A stretch of 62,020 nucleotides of DNA, counting the filler, from Choristocarpus tenellus KU-1152 (taxonomy: Eukaryota; Protista; Phaeophyceae): the NCBI GenBank assembly GCA_964200185.2. It is 13 parts of 13 records of this genome, joined end to end, with 100 filler letters (N's around TTAATTAATTAA, not from the genome) between each part and the next. Parts side by side here need not be neighbours in the genome. Positions count along the whole stretch, not along the records: positions 1 to 4,415 come from CAXNAD020014661.1; positions 4,516 to 11,116 come from CAXNAD020007775.1; positions 11,217 to 14,514 come from CAXNAD020020955.1; 10 more parts are not named here. One strand, written 5' to 3'. Below the pieces are notes generated by a model. It saw nothing but the letters and a program-made list of their open reading frames with translations. It did no database searches and was not told the origin of the DNA. Position numbers and translations under genes: made by a program. Within the stretch, counting starts at the first letter, position 1. Each line of letters opens with the position of its first letter. Positions 1 to 13,916 of the stretch are shown here, piece after piece.

Positions 1-3000
1 CCCTTAAAAAGTGCCGCAACATTTACAACAAAAAACATATGGACCCTTCCCGCACACCATTCTGGGTCAAACTCATCCTCCATGTTATGCTCCATCCTCA
101 ATTTTGCTGAGAGGCTGTTAGTGGGATCAATCTCAACCATATATCCTTCTTGTGGCCCTTTGTTGTGTGTGTTGTTGGATTATTTAGAGCAAAGTGTGAA
201 GAGGGGATAGTAAGTAGTGCCTGGTCGCCCTGTGTGACTAGTTCAATTTATCATTGCTGCAGGTGGTGTCAGTTGTGCGAATCAACTATTATTGTCAGTA
301 TCGTGGATGGGGAAAAAACATAGTAGTGCAAACAGCATTTTATGTGTACCTATTTTTTTGTAGAGAACATAGAAGGGTTGTTAGTGGTGACAACCTATCC
401 ACTACTGAATCCTTTTGAGACCAATCATGGAGATGCAAGATACGTCAGATCGGCAGACGGAAACGCCTGCTCTTGATGACATGGTGGAACATTTTCGAAT
501 GCGCTCATCTGTTTGAGACTGAGATGTCTTCCTGTTCTGTAGCTGGCCACTGAACACACCCCATCCATCTGTCACAATTTTACAATTGGTCATCGGGTTA
601 TCATTAGATACCATACTTCGTGGAAGAGCGTTGATTTCTCTACTGTTTGAGACTTTTCGACAGGATTAAGAAAATATCCTCTACACACTTGAAAGAAAAG
701 GGGAATCTTGCAAATATTTGTCAGCATCCTTAAAATAGAACTATTGGTACATCTCGTTTACTTCGACTCAAGAGTTTCTTCCTGCTGATCCTGGGCAAAC
801 AACACTCAGTCTGATAGGTATCCTACATCTGTGTATGCCTTGGTGTGTCATTTTGAAGGACCTTGGAAAAGAGAATGAATGTCCTCGTCAGTCAGAACTT
901 CTAACACTACTACTACTACTACTACAGTGACCTCAATGTGTTGCTGTTGTGAAGAAATCAAAGAATGGTGATAACACGATTGTGTCCTCACTATTATTGT
1001 GTGTGGTGTCATAAGATGGGAGGCAAGAAGTCTAGTACCAACAACGACTGGTGTCTTTTCGTCAAGGCTTAATATTTTGCTATGATATGAAAATGACGGT
1101 ATATTTTTGTCCCAGCAACCCTCAATTGGTAGTATATAAATATACAGGAATTAATATTCTGTAATAATGCTGGAGGGAACGTGAGTATGACTATGAGAAT
1201 TATTCCTAGTGGATTATGAGAAAATGAGCAACAATAGTGACAGTACATCGGATGGATGCATGGTGACAAAAAAATAACAGAAGCCCTGAAGAGGAGAAAC
1301 TTTCACAAGAATAGCAGTTTATTCATTGTTGAGTGAGATAGCGGCAACATTTTATTGCACACGCATATGAAGTCGCTGCTCTTTCTTCCTCATACAACCA
1401 GGAATGTTTGTATGGCACGTGCATGTCAAGTCTCAGTCTCTCCCCTGAACGACAACCATATATTATTTCCTATTTTAATAGTAGTAGTACGATGGAATAT
1501 ATTGCTATGCACGTAAATAGTCTTGTGCGAAGCAAGCAAGGAAAGAGATGACCACCTGTTCACGTGTTGTTGCCGCCTCTTCCGTGTCCACTCTTACTCA
1601 AAGTGGTGTAGTTCCTGTAATTATTCCGTTGTGCATGCTTAGATGCAAGGATCATTCGTATTATTACTATCAATCACACCACTTTACCTTACTTTGCTCC
1701 ACCTCAGAACAAGCTAAGCCATTCATTGTAGTGTTTGCAGCAGTAGTATGAACAGTAGTAGTAGTGGTGGTGGTAGGTGTGCTTGCCTCATCAAGTAGAG
1801 ACTTGCAACTTATTTTGTCACATTCATCCGATTACACCTGATCTGCAACTCTTTTTGTCTGTTGCGCAATAGTATAGTGAGGTTGCACACGACCAACTTC
1901 GTGGGCACAAAAAACAGACGAAATCTGCCCCCCCCCTCCCTCACGTTTTTTTTCCTTTTTTGGTCGAAGTAATGCACTAAATGAACAGAAAACTGATTAA
2001 ATACAGTGTACTTACCCCCACAACCTGCCTGCTGATACTTCTTACAGCTGCTTCTTGCTACAAAAAAACTCAGCAAACTATGATGTCTGCGATCTCCACC
2101 CAGATACATAATAGAATAATATGTATTAGCTACTGCATGACAGGCAGGTACCAATCAGTATGTATGCGCAGTCCACTAACCAATACCATCGTTCGCCTTT
2201 CATGATCCCTTTCCGTATATGTGAACAGAAATAAATTGCCTCTGCAGTGCTCATCTTTGCCCCATCACACTAACCCTCTTAAGACTGCCTGTTCTCTGAG
2301 TCAACTCTTTTTTAGGTAGCTAGTCAAAGTACAGTACTTAATTTATCCACGACCCTCCCTTCCACTTTTCCCCTAACCCCACCCTGCCTTGCACTCTTCT
2401 TACCCACCAAGCCCCAGAGCAGTGCTTCACTTCATACACTGGAGTATTTGTATATGCTGCTCTTGGGTCACGCAATATTTACGTAGTATTGCAAAACGGG
2501 CACCTTGTCTAGATTATATTACTCAGGGAAGTCCCCTGACAATTCTCTGTCGCCATTACCATCATCCCTTGATAAAATCTACCCTTGTCTAGATGAGTTG
2601 CCACAGCAATGATGTTTTCAAAAGTTCTGGTTATGTTTTTTTTAACGAGCAACAATAACTCCCTGCTGCATGGTCCACCTTACCAGTCACCTTCATGCAA
2701 GGATGGTGCTTTCTTAAGTGTATTCCCAATGAGGAGTTCTCCTCCCCATCCTCCTCCACCCCACCACCTTTCATCTCTGCTCTACTACCGTTTTGCCACC
2801 ATATTACTGTGATATAAGCAGCTTACCTTTTTTTCTTCCACTAACAGTGTCCATCGATCCATTCCAGTACCAACAAAAAATCAGGATAATCTATTCATCC
2901 ATGTTTTCATCCACCGTAGATAACCACCTTCCTCACCCTCCCACGCTGTCTTTCCTGACCACACCACCAAGCAACCCAATCGGCACACATCCCTACCAGC

Positions 3001-4337
3001 TTACCCCATTTCCTGACACATTTTCCTGAATAAACAACAAAGGCACTCACCACCTGTCGTCGCTCCCACCCTTTCCCCTACCACAAGCAACCAACAAAAA
3101 GCGATGGGGGAGTGGCTCCTAGGAATGTACACCAGCAGCCAACAAAGCTTATGTACGAAAAGTAGCATCCCTACCACCCCTATCACCCTGTCTGAGGGGC
3201 AGGCGAGAGATGGAATCCTAAATATAATGCTAAAAGACAGCTAGCGAAAAAAAAATCAACAAAGAATACTTTTGCTCCTCTTGTGCCATCAAAATGAGGA
3301 CATCAGTTTCTGCCAATGGCTAGAGAAAGCAAACAGTATCCATTCACATCATGCATGCATGCATGATCCTGCCTTATCCGAAGTGAGTGAGTCCTCCAAC
3401 AAACGAGAACTAAACTCCGGAAAAATGCCCAAACAAACAAATCCACCCACCCATACCAATCCTTTCCCCGCCCCCGGTTTCTGCCATGGCATCGTCAATG
3501 AGCGATATACACGTGCAGGAAAAAAAAGTAGAAGTACTTCACGAAAAACATACACAACATAACCACAGAGCCAAACACAAAATATCTTTTTATTGGCAGA
3601 TATATTTGCAATGGCTAACTCCTCGCAATGAGAAAGAGTTACAGGTAAGCAAAGGTCACTGCCACTTGGGCATACTCCTCCACCATGGAAGTATTCTGGG
3701 GTGTGAGGTTGTTGTGTCCTGTCATACCAAAATGAGTCCCTAAGCCCGAATCCTACCCACTCAACTACTGTAAATACCTTACTGGTGCATTACATTTACC
3801 TGTACAACCCATCCTGGAAACAATGACAAATTCACCCCCCCTCCTTCCACTAAGCGTGATCCAGGATAAGGGTAGGGTAAGATAGCAGGGCTGACTGATC
3901 GCCAACATCAACTGTGTCTACTTGACTGTGCATTGTGCAGACATTGTACCCTGGACACAAGTATAAAACCAGAGGAAACCTGTGCTGCCCCTTCTCAAAA
4001 CCAACCTGCCAAAGTTCCTTCTCATGTTGATGCCATGTGTTCAACCAGTCAGTATTGTGTACAAACATTTATGGAGCTGGTATAAAAGGCTGGCAAGATG
4101 AGGCACACTATCACTTTTTTTCTTTAAAAACGGTAAACACCTATGACCAAAACAACGACCAAGAGTGCAAATACATCTCTTTCCCCACAAAGGCTCCAAG
4201 AGATCAGGTGATGTAACGCTACACACTACAACATGCGCGGGCAATATTCTCTATATACATGCAACACAATGAATCCCCTACTATTCTGAATGACAGGGGT
4301 GGAGTTTTAGCTTGAATGCCTACAGTTGCAGTAGCAA

Positions 4338-4369
<32 letters not shown>

Positions 4370-4415
4370 CACCCACACCCCCTACCTCCCCCCACCTCCC
4401 CCCCCCCCCCTCCCC

Positions 4416-4515
4416 NNNNNNNNNNNNNNNNNNNNNNNNNNNNNNNNNNNNNNNNNNNNTTAATTAATTAANNNNNNNNNNNNNNNNNNNNNNNNNNNNN
4501 NNNNNNNNNNNNNNN
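4416..4515. other. Artificial contig linker N44-TTAATTAATTAA-N44 (first of 12)
   Basis: Identical 100-nt spacers with stops in all six frames at 4416-4515, 11117-11216, 14515-14614, 17219-17318, 20054-20153, 23457-23556, 32973-33072, 37620-37719, 40913-41012, 45029-45128, 49793-49892 and 54167-54266. Confidence 0.99.
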
Positions 4516-7500
4516 CCTCCCCCCCCCCCACTGTTAACCCCCAACCCCCCAGCAATCCCTCCGCCTCCCATACCACCTACACCTCTAGTCCCTACCCCAC
4601 CACCAGTACTGCTTAAGCTAACACTCTTCCCTCCTCCCGACCTCCCTCCACCCTTTCCCCTTCCCCCTCCCCTTGTTGCCCCTTTCCCTCCAGTCCAGCC
4701 AACTCTGCCATTAGCACTTCCACAGGAGGGGGCTGGCGCTGGAACGGATCCAATTGGAGCAACAGAAACAGCACCACTAGTGGAGTCTAATGTTGTGGCT
4801 GTTAGTGACCCCAAGGCTGGGACTGGGGCAGAAGCAGATAATACAGCTGTGGCCACAGCACAGTCCAAGACTGACTCTAGAGTTGGTGCTGTGCCCAAAG
4901 TTAGACCTTGGGTTGGTTCTAGTAATGGTGTAGAGGCTTGGGTTGGGGCTGGGACTGGCTCAATTGCTGTTCTTGAGACTGGGACAAGGGATTGGGATTG
5001 TTGTTGGGTTGGGGCTGGGACATGGGTCAGCGCAGGTGTTGTCTGTAGAGACTGTGCTGGGGCAGGGGCTGGTTCTTGGGTTGATACGGAGGCAGGGCCT
5101 AGGTCAGGGGGTGATGTATGATCTGCAGCATGCCAGAGTCGATGACTTACTCCTGTGGCACTACAACCACTTTGTCCCACCTCCATGGTCTTGTCATATG
5201 GTGTACTCACACTATTTTTCACTTTGTTGCAACTGGCATTATTAAAGGTAACCTTCCACAGACTGCCATCCCCACAGCATACAGTGCAGTGGTATGGACT
5301 CTTTGGAGACACTGCAACACTGGTGGTGAGAGAGTGAAACCGTGAATGTGCCTCCACCTGTGTGATTCAATATGGACGTACATACACATTAATCCATATA
5401 TATGCAACAGTTACATCAATATCAACAGGGAACAGGGAAACCTGTATGGGAAAAAAATGTTACATGCATCATGGTACTTAGCCTAACAAAATGATACGTG
5501 CCAAGAGAATACAAAAACATACACTAATATTGCTAAGGGGGGAGCACAGAAAGCCAAACCTTCACATCAATACTATCTTGAATATTTATCCTACTGGAAT
5601 CTCTATCTCCACACATGCACACTCCATATCTATCCCAGAGCTGAATCCACTTCAGCACTAGGAATCTCTCCCTCCAAATATATGTATGGCTATTATACAA
5701 GAGATTATCCTGCTCGCCTGAATTCACTTAAGAAAATTACTAAAGCAAAAACCTCACAAGTTCAAACCTCTAGGTGTGCTTCCTTTAATGAAATTGGATA
5801 AGATGGTCCAGCAATCATTGGTAGAAAAACATCTGATTCCTAGTAGGCACATTATTTTCACTCTGTGGTTTATAAACACCACATTTAATGGAATTGTTGC
5901 TCCCAGGATATCTACTGGCAACAACAAGCAATAGCAAATCGATATACACAACCACTAAAGTATTTAAGAGATAATCAGAAAGTGGGGGGAAATATTGTAT
6001 GACTAAGCAGGAAGTAATGGGTACTAATACTGCCCTCAACTTCGATCATATCTACCAAATATAATAATGCACATTTGGTCCTTACACTGAAAGGATGTAT
6101 CCCAATGTGTTTCACTACAAGTGAGGGGTGCTCTTCAAGATTGTTGGAACAGGGTGAAAAGTGGAACTAGTATGGAAAATAATGCAGTGGTATGGTTCTA
6201 CACAGGGAAATATATCCTGGTATAGATGGCATGTGTTGACCCACTCGTGGGCATGGGCAGTACTGTAAGGTTTGGAGTCATAGACTAAAGCAATGTTACT
6301 TTTTGTTGAGATGACATAAAAAAATTGTATGTATTTAGGGTCAGGGTTATCAAAAAAAGGGGGTCAACATATGGTGCATGTTGATCATGACACGAAATAA
6401 CGCATCTATCACAAGGTATATCTCACAAGGTATATAGGACAATACTTGAACACTTGTGAGATAGTGCATAGTGCAAGAGTACAAGCCCCACAATAATGTA
6501 ATGAGGTATGTTCTAGAAGCACAGTGGGTCAAGTGACTACTGGTGATACAGACGTGTAGCTTAGGGAGGCCTAGGTAGACTTGAAGGATTGATGTGTGTA
6601 AAGCAGTTTGTAATCTTCTTCCAATCCTCCTCTCTGAGGGAGGAGGTTCACTCTTCGCAGGAGGAAGGCATTTGTAGAAATGTATAATGATAAAAAATAT
6701 CAATGATGTACCCTAACCCTAAGTTAGATATAAGGTTAGGGCTGGACCCTAACCCCAACACAAGGGCCTAAGTAGACTCCATAAATTGATGGCTATCCAC
6801 TCCCTCTTCTAAGGGATAAGCTCAATACTTTCTCATTAGGCGGACAAATCCTGCTTAATATTGTCAAAGGAAATGAAACAGCCACAATCTTTTGGTACAT
6901 AAGTCCCCCCACTTGAGATAGATATACAACTTGAGGCCAACCTCTGTTACATTTTCAGAACTGAGGCACAGGAGAACTGAAGTGAGGCATTCCAGTAGGA
7001 TGAACAGCTCAAATGCTCACTATTTTCACACCTCAAGATGAACTGCCACACATTGATTTTGAGTCATTTTGAGGTCACTATTTTCACACCTCTTCTCCCA
7101 CACCTCTTCCTGCTAATCAACCTCCAAACTTAAGGGAAGTCATTCTCAGTCCCATGGAGAGCAGTGAGGTTGTGGGTTGTTTCCATTCAAAACTTGTCCT
7201 CTAACTTGTCCATTGCCCTATGGCATGGGCCATAGAAGGTTATCACAGGGTAAATCTAATCACCTACACTTCTACTCTGTCCATGTCAGGTCCCTGTATG
7301 AACAACACCCAAGCATTGCACTCTTTTGCAAGCATGCCAATAGCATGTCAATAGCATGTCAATACTCTCTTGCTTGCTGGTCACACAACATCACTTTTCC
7401 ACCATCACCTCCTCGGTTTTAGGATATCACTGTCATCACTTACATCTCCCCTGTCAATACAACATTTGATGCTTAAAAAGACGTCCCTGGTTCAACACTA

Positions 7501-10500
7501 GGATCATATGGCATGCCCAAACAGGAACCAACCCCAAGGACAATCTCCACCTTAACTACATGCTGAAATATGTTTTGTTCCAACCCTAAACCCTCTGGTC
7601 CATGCAACACAATTACAACTACAGTTAATGTCAGTTGTATGCCAATATCTCAATAATAATAATATTAATAATATTAATAATAAGTAGGAATAGAAATATG
7701 AAACAAGACCCATGTTGATGTCCTGGAAAATGAGATAAAAAAAACTCAATCCTCAATTGAACTCCAGAAAATTGAGTCATTTTGGGACATTATTATCCCA
7801 ACTCCTTTCAAATCTTTCTACAATGATGGCAACATACCTATAGTTCCAGAAATGAAGCGAACATAGGCAGCTCAGTTGCATATCACTTCCCATGACATGC
7901 TGATGCTACACTCTCACCACAATTAAATTGTGTCAAAATCAAATCTGTCACTGATATTGAAGTTAACCCCTGCAAGGATTGTATTTATATTGTCAATAGC
8001 AAACCAATATGTCACTTCCTTATCTACCTTGGCATCATATGCATCCCCACCAATCCACTGCCTCAAGTCAGTCCCATCTTCAACATGAATGAAGGATATT
8101 GACACTGTAACTGACACTGTCACTCACCAGTGCCTCTCTCATCACTTCCTCTTCTTACAGCCTCTCCACACCCTCTCCTACTTTCTGTAGCTTCAGTAGT
8201 TAATGATGATGGTCACTGACTCCTCAACTAAGCCATGCCTACAAGGGTACAGTCACTTTCTGCCCACTCTCTTCTTACAGTGCATTCCTCTGCCTCAATA
8301 TACCAGCCCACAAATGCCCCTTTCACTTTCATGCCTCTCCAACTCAATGACCATGACAAATGACAAATCAAGTGATGAATCGCTGTCCCTTATCCACCTC
8401 TACAGTTGCAGAATTACCCCCATCCATCCATCCATCCATCCATCCATCCATCCATCTCTCACCATTTCAAGGCAGGGTTGCACCCCATCTACTGTCTGTT
8501 CCTCCAACATCCAATGTTCAATGTTCAATATGTCAATGGTGTAAAAGGTTAAGGCAGCATTGGGGACCAGCATCAACCAGGCAAAGGCATCATGGTCCTC
8601 TACAGCACTGTGTCTGACTCAAAGTGACTCGAAGTAGGTATAGAAGAGTATTGGACTAGCAAGATACTCTGCCACAAGCTGCAAAGTGCAACCTACTAAT
8701 AGGAATGATGCAGGTCACTACAGAGGGAATGGCTATTGGGAGTGAGACCTTTTGAACTCAATTTTGAGATGAAATGGAATCTTCCAAGAAAGTAAATAAA
8801 ATATAATAAAATCCTTTGTCTCAACTTTTCAAAAAGTGTTCTCAAAACCGAGATCAGTGGTGCAATCCCCTTCCTACTTTTTAAAAAAGGTACAAAAATG
8901 ACTGTCGAATGACCTCAATGAGAACAGTTACCAAAAGTTCTTTGCCATTTTTTGGATAATTTGACACTGAAAATAAGTGGCATCTTCACTTTGACAAGAT
9001 CGGTCGGTCAATGTTCCAACTCAAAGCACTTTGGTGAGAATATAAAAAAAAGAATAGTTACTGAGGGTCAACTTTCAGCCTAAGATACTCGTAGTAGCCA
9101 ATAATCTTTGTTCTTGGAACTACCTCCCTGTCTTGCTGAGTTCCAGCTTCATGCTTGGGACAATGACACTACTTCACCTATATACTATCTGCAGGTAAAA
9201 CCCAATATGCTGGGGGCTTTTTATTGACAATCATTTCAATATTATATTTATGTACAATGTGTATCGAAGCTGAATCATACCCCCAACCTAACCCTAACTC
9301 CAACACCAATCCTCTTTGTACCCAGCTCTATTACCAATACCAATCTTCACTCCAACCCCACCATAACCAATAACATAACATTCAAAATAACTCTATCTCA
9401 AACCAGCACCTGGCCATCCTTCACTCTCCACAGCACCAATAGCCCCGGTTCTTCTGGTGCTGGCCAATCAGAGGTAGTGCCCTGGTAGTTGTACACCACA
9501 GCCACATAGCGTGAACACCTGCAAAGGCATCATCAGTTTGGAGGAGGGTGGTGAGGGTACAGAGAGTGACTAGTATGAAGTGAAGTGAATCAAAGTGATG
9601 CTGTTTGTTGTATGCAGTTTCTAGATGTACTAGTCACACAACTCTAGCTCACCCCCAAAAGAGTAAAATGTCCTCATGTACCTATTTTGATTCAAAAGCA
9701 AGTAATTTCTGTTTCAAAATACTCAATTAGTCACCACTATTCTATAAAATGTACTAAAAAGCAAAATGTGGCATGGCAGTATCTTGTGCTATTTTTCTAA
9801 TTATTATCATTACCTGAGGGTCCCAAATGCAAATAAATAAAACCAAAAGATAATACAGGCAAAAAAATGTGCCTTGAGTCAACTGGCTGACATACCAGAG
9901 TCACCACCATCCACAGTAAACTAAACTAAACTAAAGAATAGAAAGTGCCAGCCTTTCTTGTGATTCATCAGCCCTTGCAGAGCTCAAACAACCTGGCAAT
10001 GGTTTAGTCTAGAAATAAAAAATACTATTTTTTTGTGAAATTCATAGTGACCACCACAACTCTGTCAAACCATACACTTCACACCTCACCTGATCTAACA
10101 AGCACTAGGCTGCTTTACACAACATAATAAATTGAGTGTTACAAATAGTGACAGAATAGTAGAGGTAAGAGATAAGAGGTAAGAGTAAATACTACTATAC
10201 CACTATACTATGTATTTTATTTATTAATCCTACTAATTGAAGTCAGTATTGCCTGTCTTGGATCTTGTTTCCTGGGTAGCATAATTGAAATCAACATACA
10301 GTAATGGTATTTACTACAGAGTATGTATATTCCATCAAAACTTGATATATTCCATCAACTGTTTCATTTATAACATCAAATAAGCTGTCACACAGTTTGG
10401 ATTACTCTTGAACTGCCTAATTTTGCCAGGCTTTTCATACATTTGGCGAAGCCAGCAGCATATGTTAATACTCTATATCTCCATCTATCCTCTTTCTAAA

Positions 10501-11060
10501 TCTTAACTCTATAACCCTGAAAGGGTCAGCAATTCCATCCTGTGTACCACCCTAATCCAGGCTGTAACTGTACCTTGAACAAAAACTTACCTGGACCAGT
10601 GCAGACCAATTGTAGTCCAACCTTCCCATGCCAACAAATGGCTGGCAGTACTGCTTTGTTGATTCCCCACTGCTGAAGACACACTTTTCCCACCCACCCC
10701 CAAACCCAAACCAGAACCGGTACCGGTTCTGGTTTGACTAGAACCAGAACGAGTACCGTTTAGTTCCAGGTGGCGCTGGTGGTAACGGCGGTGATTCTGC
10801 TTGCCCTGCTGGATAGCCCCTCCTCCTCCTATAGGACCAACATGACCAGTAGAATGTTCACTGTCTCCATTACAGTCAACTTGAACCACAGCAGCCTTAC
10901 TTTGAGCAGGCAGGGAGATATCCACAGGTAGGAGAAGAGTACGAACAACAACTGGAATGGTGGAGAAGCTCCACACCTCAATGCAACCCACATCATACCC
11001 CATAGCCAGGAAGGTACCACGGGGGTTAAACTCACACACTGTGGGGGAGCTTCCATCAGA
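4516..11060 (-). CDS. WD40-repeat protein, RBBP5/Swd1-like (COMPASS subunit); partial, 3 exons
   Basis: Exons 11060-10591, 9518-9410 and 5357-4516 (runs off the contig); GT-AG introns with compatible phases (2, 0). The spliced product reads TVCEFNPRGTFLAMGYDVGCIEVWSF...WTTIGLHWSR|CSRYVAVVY...LLVLWRVKDGQ|VEAHSRFHSLTTSVAVSPKSPYHCTVC. This is colinear with the first three blades of RBBP5 as I recall them (CTFNRWGTLLAVGCNDGRIVIWDF...SLCWSRDG...WDVLSGDCDQRFRFPSPILKVQYHP). Confidence 0.75.
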
Positions 11061-11064
11061 CTGT

Positions 11065-11103
<39 letters not shown>

Positions 11104-12476
11104 AGGGGGGAAAGTGNNNNNNNNNNNNNNNNNNNNNNNNNNNNNNNNNNNNNNNNNNNNTTAATTAATTAANNNNNNNNNNNNNNNNNNNNNNNNNNNN
11201 NNNNNNNNNNNNNNNNCTCTACAGACACCAAGCAATCTCGCCAGGTTTATCACCTTTATGTTCTTTGATGATTTTGGGGATACTTTAACAAGTTAAAGCT
11301 ATTCCTTTCTTCTGTTTAGTTACCTAGTCTAACAAATATCAATTTTAGAACATTCCTTCGTATCACAATGTCATTTGCTAAAGTCTGAAAAGGGTACGTT
11401 GTTCCTGCTCAATATACGTGTTGGAATGTTGACAAAAGGTACCCATGGTGGCAGTGGTGATGGTTGGGAGCATAAATCTTCTCTAAATAAATATTCCCTC
11501 TAGTTTTGTCTATAATTTGTCTCTCCTAAGATCATTTATATGGCAACCCCACCATTATTTTGAAAGCCATATTGCCCACTTTGTCCTCTGGAGTAAACGC
11601 TATTAGAAGTTTGCATGATCTCAGTACCAGCACAGGTAGAATATTTCACCCTGAGGTTTGCTGCATTTAAGGCAAATTTGCCTGCCATGTTGAGCTGCGG
11701 TAAGCAATTTTCACAAAAATAGATGAGACCTGCACCTGTGTCAAGGAGTAACTGGGCAAGCATTCTCGAGTGGATTCCTGAACACCTAACATATATTGAT
11801 ACTTGACCAGTACAATGGTCAGTGTCATGGCGTAACTTCGAGACGACTCTGCAACATCCGAAAACGGTTGGGCTTCTCGCGGATGGAGAAAGTTTCGAGT
11901 GTTGCATCGCTGCTAGGTATCGGAGATTCGTTTCTATTAAGGCTACCATCGACGAAACACTGCAGTATAGAATGAGTACCAGGAGGTCCTCGGTAGGTTC
12001 CGGAAAGGTATGAGTGGATTCCTCTGGGAACTAACGAGTGGCATTACGTATACCTGCACTCGTCAGTTATAGACGTGAAGCACTCTTGACTAGAGGCATG
12101 ATGAAAGCAAACTGGGTGCGCCTTTAGCCGTATGTCGACTTCGTCTTGTTCAGGTAGAAGATGGAGGTAAACATTTGCCCAAGTTGTGCCGACTTCTATC
12201 GTTCGCCCTGTCTGTGGCTAAAGCAAATATGGATCCAAGCACAGGCTGGGGAACGGATGTGACTGATCGGGCGGGTTTTGGTGCCTTGCTTTGTTGGGAA
12301 CGAACGAGGTACTGTGCTTGCTGGGAAAGGAAGAAGGTTCGGTATTAAAGGCTGCACAGACAGCGGGCGAGGGTTTTTGGGATAAAACAGGTTCAAGCAT
12401 CGGTGCAAGTGCTTCCAGTACACGGTTGACAACTTCTCTGTAGAAAAGTGAAGTTTGGCTTGGTACCTATTCCTGC

Positions 12477-13916
12477 ATGGAAGTCCTGTTGTGGCATTAT
12501 AGTCCTTGTTTCTGCCTGGCGATCAGGGTTTCGACTGAGGCAGTGCAAGGGTGTGACATGCTAGCAAACAAGCGTCTCTACCACCTAGACAAAACAATGC
12601 AAGTCTTACTTGACCAACTAAAAGGAGTGGCTGGAAAATCCTGTCTCAAAGGTGGTGAAGTGATTGGGGTGCAGGGACGGCCTGTCAGCTATGGCGTACT
12701 CTATGTGTGCACAGAATATAACAACTGTTATATTCAACTTAATACTGGTACTTCCGAATACATTGCAACTGATGCATTTGACGGAGCATTTGTATCTCAT
12801 GATATTCAGCCACCGTATGCAAGTGTTGAGGGACCAGGTTTCTTATCTTCGATCAGTAGTATTGATATGACAGGTGGTACCACTGGAGTGGCAACAAACG
12901 TAACTGCCTCTTGTGGAGTTAAACATGTTAATCCCTGCACTGTCTCATGCGAAAGGTCACTGAAATTTGATTTGGTGCCTTTCCTCTTGGTGATGTGGAT
13001 AACAGTGTTCTGCGCGCTTCTGCTTCAGACTATTCCAGCTCTTGTCAGGTGGTGGATACACAGATCATATGATATTCCGATAGTCTATCCGAGGAATGGA
13101 CAGAGAAGAATTCCATATTACAATGTACGTCGTCACCTTCTCCAGCATGTAAATGTAAACGAGTTCCTATGGAAAAGAGACGACTGCAACTTTTTTCTGG
13201 CTGTTACTGATGGGAGGACAACACAGGACACACCAGGTGTGGGAATGCTCGTTGCTCTGACCAAGAGAGGTGCTAACAAGCAAAATGTGTCATTGATCGT
13301 TTCAGAGGTGGAGAGGGATGCCCTGTGTGTAGCTGTTGTGTTGCTCAATGAAGATGAAGTCCTGTTGATTAAGACACAGCATTCGGTTGAAGCCATGACC
13401 TGGGTTCTGAGCAACTACAAGCCCATCCAGGCCTACCTTGGGGTAGTTTTCTTCATTGCTGCAATCTTTCTGGCAAGGGCTCAGGATACTGGGGTCTTTC
13501 ACTTCCTGCTCTCCATTATTTCCACCCAATACTTGTGGGAGGAGGCGTGCCTTACTGCAATCTTGCCAGCCCTCCTGAGTTCATCAGGGTTTCCTCATTT
13601 GGGTGCATGGGCTTTTCGTCCAGAGGTTGGTCATCTTGTAATGGTGGTTTCATTAGGGATAGTGGAGGTTGGTTATGAGATCCAGTCTAGTTAGCGCGAC
13701 ACATACATGCTATCTGTCACGTGGTTTTGGTGCATAGTACTAGTGCTGGGCTTCATTTCAGTAGAGACATGGCGTCTTTTCAATGGGAGAACGTTTGATT
13801 TCTTGAGTCTATGGAAATATGAGAGGATAGGTCGGATGGAGGGGTTGAGTAATACCTGGTCTTCCTCTAGAATGCCTGATGAAGACGTTCTTGATGAAGA
13901 CAAGTCAGCGATGTAA
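12477..13916 (+). CDS. Unknown multi-pass membrane protein; single long frame with one in-frame TAG (possible pseudogene)
   Basis: The 405-aa ORF 12477-13694 and the ORF 13707-13916 are in the same frame, separated only by TAG plus 4 sense codons. Cys-rich N-terminal region, one hydrophobic span (LVPFLLVMWITVFCALLL), a soluble region, then several hydrophobic spans. No family recognised. Confidence 0.6.

Noticed and set aside
1-4415. Possible minus-strand exons (~3050-3118 EPLPHRFLLVACGRGKGG; ~2685-2806)
   Set aside because: Phases do not chain and there is no recognisable homology.
4460-4471. TTAATTAATTAA palindrome repeated 12 times between N runs
   Set aside because: Artificial six-frame-stop linker. 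ORFs running into it (ending XXX...LIN) are artefacts.
6560-6710. YFLSLYISTNAFLLRR, reminiscent of the piggyBac C-terminal NAYIL motif
   Set aside because: Too short and flanked by stops; no supporting DDD motifs or TTAA/TIR pair.
13190-13260. LAVTDGR...PGVGM as a P-type ATPase hinge
   Set aside because: No GDGxND, DKTGT or TGES motifs in the ORF.
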